DNA of 24,000 nucleotides from Amycolatopsis rhabdoformis. GTDB taxonomy: Bacteria; Actinomycetota; Actinomycetes; Mycobacteriales; Pseudonocardiaceae. Where the stretch lies: contig NZ_CP142149.1 of NCBI RefSeq assembly GCF_035918295.1, positions 4,717,591-4,741,590 on the forward strand. Direction: 5' to 3'. Below the pieces are notes generated by a model, which made no database searches, was not told where the DNA came from, and saw nothing but the letters and a program-made list of their open reading frames with translations. Below are positions 8,572 to 14,837 of this stretch, piece by piece; within the stretch, counting starts at the first letter, position 1; every line of letters begins with the position of its first letter. The position numbers and the translations under genes are program-made.

Positions 8572-9405
8572 TCAGCTCGCCGGTGCGGGTTCCCTGGTCA
8601 GCAGCCCTTCGACGGCTTCCGCGGTGCCGGTTCCGGGGCGCGGGACGAAGGTGAAAAGGTTCTGCCCGCCGGCCCCCTGCACGGCCAGGTGCTCGACGTA
8701 GAACGTGAGCTCGCCGGCCACGGGGTGGAACATCCGCTTCACCGAGCGCGGCGTCGCTTCCACGCGGTGGTCGGCCCACACGCGGCGGAACAGCGGGCTG
8801 GCCGCCGACAGCTCGGCCACCAGCCGCCGGGCCCGCAGGTCCTCCGGATCACGGCCGACCGCGAGGCGCAGCATGCCGATCATCTCCTCGACGATGCCCT
8901 CCCAGTCGTCGTGCAGCGGCCGCGCCTTCTCGTCGCACAGCAGCCACCGCACCACCACGCGGTCACGCGCGGGCATCACCGGGAAGTCGGCGAACACCAG
9001 GCGCGCGATCCGGTTGGCCGCGAGCACCTCGGTGTAGCGGCCGAGCAGGATCGCGGGCACGCGGCCCAGCTCGTCGAGCAGGATCCGCATGCCGGGGCCG
9101 ACGCCGCGCGCGAGCACGTCGGGCGGCTCGCTGCGGCGCGTGGACAGGCGGCGCAGGTGCGAGCGCTCGGCCTCGTCGAGGCGGAACACGCGGGCGAGCG
9201 CGTCGAGGACCTCCGGCGAGGCCGTGAGCTGGCGGCCCTGTTCGAGGCGGGCGTAGTAGTCGGCGCTCAGCCCGGCCAACGTGGCGACTTCCTCGCGCCG
9301 CAGCCCCGGCACGCGCCGGCGAGCCGTGGCCGGGAGGCCGACTTGTGCGACGTCGACGCGGGCGCGCCGCGTCCGCAGGAACTCGCCGAGCTCGGAGCCC
9401 GTCAT
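8572..9405 (-). CDS. MmyB-like XRE-family helix-turn-helix transcriptional regulator
   Basis: N-terminus reads LGEFLRTRRARVDVAQVGLPATARRRVPGLRREEVATLAGLSADYYARLEQGRQ, followed by an MmyB-type ligand-binding region. ATG 9405 follows GGAAAGGA; the ORF track opens at 9432. The gene is divergent from the GMC oxidoreductase. Confidence 0.85.
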   Translation of the reverse strand: MTGSELGEFLRTRRARVDVAQVGLPATARRRVPGLRREEVATLAGLSADYYARLEQGRQLTASPEVLDALARVFRLDEAERSHLRRLSTRRSEPPDVLARGVGPGMRILLDELGRVPAILLGRYTEVLAANRIARLVFADFPVMPARDRVVVRWLLCDEKARPLHDDWEGIVEEMIGMLRLAVGRDPEDLRARRLVAELSAASPLFRRVWADHRVEATPRSVKRMFHPVAGELTFYVEHLAVQGAGGQNLFTFVPRPGTGTAEAVEGLLTREPAPAS

Positions 9406-9627
9406 CGCCACCGGTCCTTTCCACCTGGTCACGAGGGTACGTCGGCCGGGGCGCCGAGCCGTCCCCTGTGGACCGGCCGTACCCGCCGGGCTGCCCGCGT
9501 GGGCCGCTCGTGTGACGCCGATCCTAGGAACGGCAAGTCCTGGCTGAGCCCTTCTTCACCCTCCTGGGTCTGGCTTCATGGGCGTGGGGACACCGGGAGG
9601 TGCCCCGACGAGGAGGGACACCCCGAA

Positions 9628-11142
9628 ATGAAGTACGACTACGTGGTCGTGGGCGGTGGCACCGCCGGTTCGGTGCTCGCCACGAGGCTGAGCGAAGACG
9701 CGGCGACGACCGTGCTGCTGCTGGAGGCCGGTCCCGCGACCGGGCCGGACGTGATGGCGGTGCCGCCCGCGTGGCCGGCGCTGCTGGGCAGCGCGGTCGA
9801 CTGGAACTTCCACACCACCCCGCAGCACGGCCTGCTCGGCACGCAGCTGCCGTACCCGCGCGGGCGCACGCTCGGCGGGTCGAGCTCGATCAACGCCATG
9901 GCGCACCTGCGCGGGCACCCGGCCGGCTACGACGCGTGGGGCGTCGACGGCTGGCGCTTCGACGACCTGCTGCCCTACTTCCGCCGCAGCGAGACCGCGG
10001 CGGCCGGGCGCGACCCGAAGTACCGCGGCACCGACGGCCCGATGCGCGTGGGCCCGCCGCCCGTCCGCCACCCGCTGGCCGGCGCCGCGCTGGCCGCGGT
10101 ACGCGAGCGCGGCTTCGCCGAGACGCCCGACCTCAACGGCGCCGAGCCCGAGGGCGCGACCTGGCTCGAGATGAACATCGCCGACGGCGCCCGCCAGTCG
10201 GCCGCCGACGCCTACCTGCGTCCCGTGCTGGGCCGGCCGAACCTCACCGTGGTCACCGGTGCGCTCGTGACCCGGCTCGTGCTCGCCGGCACCCACTGCA
10301 CCGGCGTCGAGTACCGCGTCGGCGACTCGCCGGATTCGGCCGAGGCCGAGCGGTCCGTGGTGCTCACGGCCGGTGCCGTCGGCTCGCCGCACCTGCTGAT
10401 GCTCTCGGGCATCGGCGACCCGGCCGAGCTGGAGAAGGCCGGGGTGACGCCGCGGGTCGCACTGCCCGGCGTCGGCCGGAACCTGCAGGACCACCCGCTG
10501 ACCGGCGTCGTGTACTCCGCCTCCCGCACGATGCCCGACGGCGCCAACAACCACAGCGACCTCGTCGCCGCCGTCCGCACCGCCGCGGGCCTCGAGGCGC
10601 CTGATCTGCAGCTGCTGTTCCTGGACATCCCGTACTTCCGGCCTCCCCTGGCCGGCCCGACGAGCGGGTTCACCATCGGCTTCAGCCACCTGTACCCGCA
10701 CAGCCGCGGCTCGGTGACCCTGGCCTCGGCCGACCCCACCGTCGCGCCCATCGTGGACCCGGCGCTGCTGCGCGACCCCCGCGACGTCGCCGCCATGCTG
10801 GCCGGCCTGCGCCTCGCCCGCCACATCGGCACCGCCGCGGCGCTCGACCCGTGGCGCGACCAGGAGGTGCTGCCCGGCCCGGCCGCCACGAGCCCCGCCC
10901 AGGAGGAGGAGTTCCTGCGCCGCAGCACGGGCCCGTACTTCCACGCCAGCGGCACCTGCGCCCTCGGTACCGGCTCGGCCGCCGTCGTCGACCCGACGCT
11001 GGCCGTGCACGGCGTCACGGGCCTGCGCATCGCCGACGCGTCCGTGCTCCCGACCCTCATCGGTGCGAACACCAACGCGACGGTGCTGGCGGTGGCGGAG
11101 AAGGCCGTGGACCTGCTGCTGGGGCGCGAAGCCGCGCGGTGA
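9628..11142 (+). CDS. GMC-family FAD-dependent oxidoreductase (choline/alcohol dehydrogenase-like)
   Basis: ATG 9628 follows GAGGAGGGA. The dinucleotide fold is YDYVVVGGGTAGSVLATRLSED. GGSSSINAM is present, and the C-terminal catalytic region reads YFHASGTCALG. The upstream part of the 817-aa track ORF is antisense to the MmyB-like gene and is not coding. Confidence 0.95.
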   Translation: MKYDYVVVGGGTAGSVLATRLSEDAATTVLLLEAGPATGPDVMAVPPAWPALLGSAVDWNFHTTPQHGLLGTQLPYPRGRTLGGSSSINAMAHLRGHPAGYDAWGVDGWRFDDLLPYFRRSETAAAGRDPKYRGTDGPMRVGPPPVRHPLAGAALAAVRERGFAETPDLNGAEPEGATWLEMNIADGARQSAADAYLRPVLGRPNLTVVTGALVTRLVLAGTHCTGVEYRVGDSPDSAEAERSVVLTAGAVGSPHLLMLSGIGDPAELEKAGVTPRVALPGVGRNLQDHPLTGVVYSASRTMPDGANNHSDLVAAVRTAAGLEAPDLQLLFLDIPYFRPPLAGPTSGFTIGFSHLYPHSRGSVTLASADPTVAPIVDPALLRDPRDVAAMLAGLRLARHIGTAAALDPWRDQEVLPGPAATSPAQEEEFLRRSTGPYFHASGTCALGTGSAAVVDPTLAVHGVTGLRIADASVLPTLIGANTNATVLAVAEKAVDLLLGREAAR

Positions 11143-11157
11143 CGACGTGGGCCGCTT

Positions 11158-11180
11158 CGCTCGGTGATGGTCACCGAGCG
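11158..11180. terminator. Hairpin between convergent GMC and MFS genes (possible bidirectional terminator)
   Basis: CGCTCGGTGA-TGG-TCACCGAGCG forms a perfect 10-bp stem 16 nt after the GMC stop codon. Confidence 0.45.
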
Positions 11181-11232
11181 GGGCGGCCCTGGTGCACCGC
11201 GACGGTGGTGCCGCCGGCCGAGCCGTGCCAGG

Positions 11233-12960
11233 TCAGTGCGGGTGGTCCGGGTGCGCGGCCAGGAAGTGCCGGTTCTCGGGCGGTTCCACGGAGAACTCCA
11301 GCGCCGCCCGGTACAGCCCGGCGTCCTCGCCGGTGATGCGCTCGTGGTGCTGGCGGAGGTGCTCGGCCCAGGTCGCGACCTCGAAGACCTCCACGTAGCG
11401 GTCGGGCACGGCCACGTCGCGGTAGGCCGTCCAGCGGCGGGCGCCGGTGCGTTGCCGCGAAACGCCGACACGGGCGAGCACGGCCAGGAACTCCGCGGAG
11501 CGCTCGGCCGGCACGTGGTAAGCGACCTCGACCAGCACCGGACCCGACGCCGGGTCGGGCGTGTCCTCGCCGGGCAGGACGGCGATCTCCGGTTCGGGCC
11601 ACGGGGTCACGATCGTGCGGTCCAGCTCGCCGGTGCGCGCGTGGATCGGCAGCACGAGCAGCGACGCGGCGCCCAGCAGGAGCAATACGCCGGAGATGGC
11701 GAGGGTCGTGGTGGCGCCCGCGGCGGCCGCGACCAGGCCCCACAGCAGCGCGCCGACGCCCTGGCCGCCGAGGAAGATCATCAGGTACACCGCGAGCGCC
11801 CGCGCGCGGACCCACGAGGGCAGCGCGAGCTGCAGCGTGGTGTTCAAAGTGGACAGACCCGCGAGCCAGCCGGCGCCGCCGAGCACGAGCAGCAGCGCGA
11901 CCGCCACCACGCTGGGCAGCAGGGCCGCGGAGAACACCCCGACGGCGTAAGCGACAGTGGCGGCGCCCAGCAGCGGATTGCGGCCGAGCCGGGCGCGCAT
12001 CGGCCGCATCAGCACGGCGCCGCCCACCGCACCGACGCCGAGGGCGCCGAGCAGCACGCCGTAGCCGCCGGAGCCGAGGCCGAGCCGCGCGGCCGCGACC
12101 ACCGGCAGCAGCCCCCACAACGCCGACGCGGGCAGCACGAACACCAAGGCCCGCACGAGAATCCGCCGGACTCCGGGCGCGTACCGCACATACCGGATCC
12201 CGGCTCGCAAAGCGGGCAGCAGCGGTTCCGCCGGGCCGGCCGATTCGGTGGCGGTGCGCCGCCACGTGAGGATCGCCGCGAGGATCAGCAGGTCGGACCC
12301 GGCGTTGATCGCGAACACCACCGCGGGCCCGGTGAGCGCCAGCACGAACCCGGCCAGCGCGGGCCCGATCGCGCGCGCGATGTTCACGTTGAGGCTGCCC
12401 AGGGCCGCGGCCGCCGGGAGCTCGTCGCGGGGCACCAGCTCGGGCTGGATCGCCTGCCACGCCGGGCTCATCAGCGCCTGGCACACGCCGAGCAGCAGCG
12501 TGATCGTGATCAGCGTCGCGGGTGTCACGAGATCCCGCCCGCTCAGCACGGCGAGGGTGCCCGTGATCACGACCATCACCGCCGTGAGCACCGCGATGAT
12601 CCGCCGCCGGTCGAGCACGTCGGCGAGCACACCAGCCGGCAGCGACACGAACAGCACCGGGATCAGGCTCGCGGCCTGCACGATCGACGTGAGCGTGGCG
12701 GCGTCGGGCTGGTGCACCACCGTCCACTGCGCACCCACGGACTGCATCCAGCTGCCGACGTTCGAGCCCAGCTGCGCGAACCACAACGCACGGAACACGT
12801 GCCGGCGCAGCGGCGCCCACGTGGACGACGCCGGGGCGGGTGAGGCCGGCAACGGCGGCTCCTCTGGGCCGGGGCGCGAAACCGGGCCGTCCGCGCGAGC
12901 CGCCGTATCGTACGTCGGCCGAGCCGCGAAGAAGACCACGGCGAAGCGGCACTGCCCCAT
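11233..12960 (-). CDS. MFS transporter (MFS_3 / EntS-like exporter type) with a soluble C-terminal extension of about 110 aa
   Basis: About 12 TM helices begin at FRALWFAQLGSNVGSWMQ. The C-terminal soluble part reads VLVEVAYHVPAERSAEFLAVLARVGVSRQRTGARRWTAYRDVAVPDRYVEVFEVATWAEHLRQHHERIT. The start is uncertain: ATG 12960, or TTG 12975 as in the track. Confidence 0.9.
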   Translation of the reverse strand: MGQCRFAVVFFAARPTYDTAARADGPVSRPGPEEPPLPASPAPASSTWAPLRRHVFRALWFAQLGSNVGSWMQSVGAQWTVVHQPDAATLTSIVQAASLIPVLFVSLPAGVLADVLDRRRIIAVLTAVMVVITGTLAVLSGRDLVTPATLITITLLLGVCQALMSPAWQAIQPELVPRDELPAAAALGSLNVNIARAIGPALAGFVLALTGPAVVFAINAGSDLLILAAILTWRRTATESAGPAEPLLPALRAGIRYVRYAPGVRRILVRALVFVLPASALWGLLPVVAAARLGLGSGGYGVLLGALGVGAVGGAVLMRPMRARLGRNPLLGAATVAYAVGVFSAALLPSVVAVALLLVLGGAGWLAGLSTLNTTLQLALPSWVRARALAVYLMIFLGGQGVGALLWGLVAAAAGATTTLAISGVLLLLGAASLLVLPIHARTGELDRTIVTPWPEPEIAVLPGEDTPDPASGPVLVEVAYHVPAERSAEFLAVLARVGVSRQRTGARRWTAYRDVAVPDRYVEVFEVATWAEHLRQHHERITGEDAGLYRAALEFSVEPPENRHFLAAHPDHPH

Positions 12961-13008
12961 CGAACACGCGCACAACCGGACGAACGACGCATCCGGCTCA
13001 GCGGGCCC

Positions 13009-13836
13009 TCAGGCCTGCGACACCCGGAACACCGGCCACCCGATCTCCGTGCGCCACGACCGCGGATCCGGGTCGTCGCGCGGACCGCGGACGTACGTCT
13101 CGTGCACCGGGCCGGCCACCGCCAGCGCGTGCTCCACGACCCAGCCACCCAGCCGCCCGTAGGTCACGTCGATGTCGTCGTGGTCCCCCGGGTGCACCGC
13201 CACGGCCAGCTCGACGGCCGGCAGCTGCTTCGGCGCCACGCGGCCGACCGTCGGTGCCCCGGGCACCGGCCGGTACACGAGCGCGCGGCCCCGCCCCAGC
13301 GTGAACAGCTCGTTGTCGTACAGCCCGCCCGGCGGGGTGAAGCCTTCCCGCCCGGCGACCGCGGTGTCCAATTCGGACATCGCCGCGTGGTACCAGCCGA
13401 GCACGTCGTCGAGGTCCACGGTGGCCTCGATCGCGGCCACGGTCCGCGCCGGCACCGAGCGCAGCTGCACCGCCAGCTCCTCGACGTCGGGCTTCAGCAG
13501 CTGCCGCAAGGAAACGACGGCCGCGCGCGTGCGGTCCAGCCGGTCTTCGAGCCGGCGCAGGTGCCCGGCGATGAGGTCGGCGCGGGCGCTCGGGTCGGCC
13601 GAGCCGAGGATGCGGTGCACCTCGGCCAGCGGCACGTCGAGCTCACGCAGCCGGTGGATCACCTGGGCGTCGGGGATCTGCTCGCGGGAGTAGTACCGGT
13701 AGCCCGTGGCGTCGTCGACCGAGGCGGGCGCCAGCAGGCCGGCCTCGTGGTAGCGGCGCAGCGTGCGCACGCTCAGCCGCGTGAGCCGGGCGAACTCGCC
13801 GATCGTGAGGCCGTTGCGCATGCCACCACTCTGCAT
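13009..13836 (-). CDS. MerR-family transcriptional regulator with a GyrI-like effector-binding C-terminal domain (BmrR-type architecture)
   Basis: N-terminal HTH reads LTIGEFARLTRLSVRTLRRYHEAGLLAPASVDDATGYRYYSREQIPDAQVIHRLRELDVPLAEV. A coiled linker and a GyrI-like domain of about 150 aa follow. Start is ATG 13836 or 13821. The longer track ORF runs through the operator region. Confidence 0.9.
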   Translation of the reverse strand: MQSGGMRNGLTIGEFARLTRLSVRTLRRYHEAGLLAPASVDDATGYRYYSREQIPDAQVIHRLRELDVPLAEVHRILGSADPSARADLIAGHLRRLEDRLDRTRAAVVSLRQLLKPDVEELAVQLRSVPARTVAAIEATVDLDDVLGWYHAAMSELDTAVAGREGFTPPGGLYDNELFTLGRGRALVYRPVPGAPTVGRVAPKQLPAVELAVAVHPGDHDDIDVTYGRLGGWVVEHALAVAGPVHETYVRGPRDDPDPRSWRTEIGWPVFRVSQA

Positions 13837-13852
13837 TCCCACACTGTGCACC

Positions 13853-13900
13853 CTCTCCCCGGGGGAGAGTCGAGCCGGGTTGACCCTCTCCCCGGGAGAG
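13853..13900. promoter_or_regulatory. Two copies of a CTCTCC(C)-N-GGAGAG palindrome in the merR/snoaL-like divergent region (putative MerR operators)
   Basis: CTCTCCCCGGGGGAGAG at 13853-13869 is a perfect 8+1+8 palindrome. CTCTCCCCGGGAGAG at 13886-13900 has 6-bp arms and a 3-nt centre. Each sits inside a 19-nt spacer between hexamers resembling -35 and -10 elements on opposite strands. Confidence 0.55.
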
Positions 13901-13948
13901 GCCCGACCGTGGTGGGGACCAGCCAGCCGACCACCGGGAGAGCCCCGC

Positions 13949-14281
13949 ATGAACACCGTCCTGCCCCAGCCGATCACCGAATACCTCGCCGCGCACCAGG
14001 TCCACGACGCCGGCCGCACGCTGCCGCTGTTCGCCCCGGACGCCGTCGTCGCCGACGACGGGCACACCTACCGCGGCCACGCCGAGATCCGCGGCTGGCT
14101 CGGCCGCGCGGCGAGCGAATTCACCTTCACCACCACCCTGCTGGACACCGAGCAGGTGGACGACGACCACTACGTGACCACCCACCACCTCGAAGGCGAT
14201 TTCCCCGGCGGCGCGGTCGATCTGCACTTCCGGTTCACCCTGCACGCCGGGCTGATCACGCACCTGGTCATCGAACCCTGA
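13949..14281 (+). CDS. SnoaL-like / NTF2-fold small protein (110 aa)
   Basis: ATG 13949 follows GGGAGAG. The sequence MNTVLPQPITEYLAAHQVHDAGRTLPLFAPDAVVADDGHTYRGHAEIRGWL ... resembles SnoaL-like polyketide-cyclase-fold proteins. The fold assignment is from memory and is moderate. Confidence 0.7.
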   Translation: MNTVLPQPITEYLAAHQVHDAGRTLPLFAPDAVVADDGHTYRGHAEIRGWLGRAASEFTFTTTLLDTEQVDDDHYVTTHHLEGDFPGGAVDLHFRFTLHAGLITHLVIEP

Positions 14282-14289
14282 CCCCGCGC

Positions 14290-14353
14290 GGAAAACCCCG
14301 CGACACCACCGGCGCCCGCCGGTTATGGTGGTTCTCGTGATCGCGGGGTTTCC
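14290..14353 (+). other. Long imperfect hairpin after the snoaL-like stop codon; it overlaps a hexamer pair resembling a sigma-70 promoter
   Basis: GGAAAACCCCGCGA (14290-14303) pairs with TCGCGGGGTTTCC (14341-14353). Inner pairing is ACCACC/GGTGGT, and GGC-GCCC-GCC forms the tip. GCGACA (14300-14305), an 18-nt spacer and TATGGT (14324-14329) lie inside it. Confidence 0.35.
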
Positions 14354-14367
14354 CCGGGACCACACCA

Positions 14368-14513
14368 GGTTCGGAGGTGTCCGGTGCGCAGGCAACGGTT
14401 ACTTCTTGGTGTCACAGGTTCGATTCCTGTCCGCCCCGGGCGACCGGGGCGCGGCTCTGCTCGCAGAGCTGTCGTGTCACCGTCGCCGATCTTTACTCGG
14501 GCGCGTCCGAACC
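14368..14513 (+). ncRNA. Y-RNA-like module 1 (YrlA-type, with a permuted tRNA-like domain)
   Basis: Outer stem 14368-14384 pairs with 14497-14513: GGTTCGGA/TCCGAACC, one G.G mismatch, then 8 more pairs including G.U. Internal loop TGCGCA (14385-14390) lies opposite GATCTTTAC (14488-14496). Next come helix GGC/GCC and ACGGT/ACCGT. The tRNA-like elements are T-arm ACAGG-TTCGATT-CCTGT (14414-14430), acceptor-like hairpin CGCCCCGG-GCGA-CCGGGGCG (14432-14451) and D-arm GCTC-TGCTCGCA-GAGC (14454-14469). Confidence 0.7.
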
Positions 14514-14526
14514 GCACTCGAACACT

Positions 14527-14563
14527 TCACGCGGACAACGGGTTTCTCCCGCTGTCCGCGTGA
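14527..14563 (+). other. Strong hairpin between Y-RNA-like modules 1 and 2
   Basis: TCACGCGGACA (14527-14537) pairs perfectly with TGTCCGCGTGA (14553-14563). The loop contains the CGGG-TTTCT-CCCG mini-hairpin. There is no T-tract. Confidence 0.4.
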
Positions 14564-14570
14564 CCCGGCA

Positions 14571-14638
14571 CTCCCGGTGCGCAGCCCCGCGGTTACTTCC
14601 TCGACCGAAATCACCACGGGGCGGACTTTTCTCGGGAG
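14571..14638 (+). ncRNA. Y-RNA-like module 2 (short, YrlB-like: same core but no tRNA-like domain)
   Basis: Outer stem is CTCCCG(G) 14571-14577 with (T)CGGGAG 14632-14638. Loop TGCGCA (14578-14583) lies opposite GGACTTTTC (14623-14631). Helix GCCCCG (14584-14589) pairs with CGGGGC (14617-14622). CGGT/ACCG (14590-14593 with 14604-14607) is capped by the 10-nt loop TACTTCCTCG. Confidence 0.55.
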
Positions 14639-14810
14639 CGACGATTTCAGGTGGGCCCGGTGCGCAGGCACCGGTTACTTCCACTGTTAATGGGCGGGTT
14701 GCGGGTTCGAATCCCGTCACCCCGGGAAACCGGGGTGTAGCTCAATTCGGCAGAGCAGCTAATGTACCGTGGCCGAATTTTTCTCGGGCCCACCTGAAAT
14801 CGTCGCTCCC
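14634..14810 (+). ncRNA. yrlA: Y-RNA-like module 3 (YrlA-type, with a near-canonical permuted tRNA-like domain)
   Basis: A perfect 26-bp outer stem pairs 14634-14659 (GGGAGCGACGATTTCAGGTGGGCCCG) with 14785-14810. Loop TGCGCA (14661-14666) lies opposite GAATTTTTC (14775-14783). Next come GGC/GCC and CGGT(T)AC/GTACCG with a bulged T. The tRNA-like elements are T-arm GCGGG-TTCGAAT-CCCGT (14701-14717), acceptor-like hairpin CACCCCGG-GAAA-CCGGGGTG (14718-14737), a TA dinucleotide, and D-arm GCTC-AATTCGGCA-GAGC (14740-14756). Confidence 0.85.
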
Positions 14811-14837
14811 TCCATTCCACTTCAGAGGGGGTCGACC

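Noticed and set aside
8689-9627. N-terminal 313-aa extension of the GMC oxidoreductase ORF
   Set aside because: It is antisense to the well-supported MmyB-like gene and has shadow-frame composition. A strong RBS and ATG at 9628 immediately precede the GxGxxG FAD fold.
13837-14067. Upstream extension of the MerR ORF (track start 14067)
   Set aside because: It would read through the palindromic operator region and overlap the divergent SnoaL-like gene. The MerR HTH begins right after ATG 13836/13821.
14701-14757. Canonical tRNA gene suggested by GGGTTCGAATCCC and TAGCTCAATTCGGCAGAGC
   Set aside because: The element order is T-arm, closed acceptor-like hairpin, D-arm. That is circularly permuted relative to a tRNA. 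There is no anticodon arm, and the acceptor stem is capped by a GAAA loop, so it has no free 5'/3' ends or CCA site. It fits a tRNA-like domain of a Y RNA, not a tRNA.
14627-14810. MITE or IS remnant suggested by perfect 26-bp terminal inverted repeats and a repeated TTTTCTCGGG string
   Set aside because: The repeated string lies outside the left arm but inside the right arm, so it is not a target-site duplication. The interior carries no transposase. It contains conserved tRNA-like and loop motifs shared with two neighbouring modules that have unrelated stems. An RNA-structure explanation fits better.
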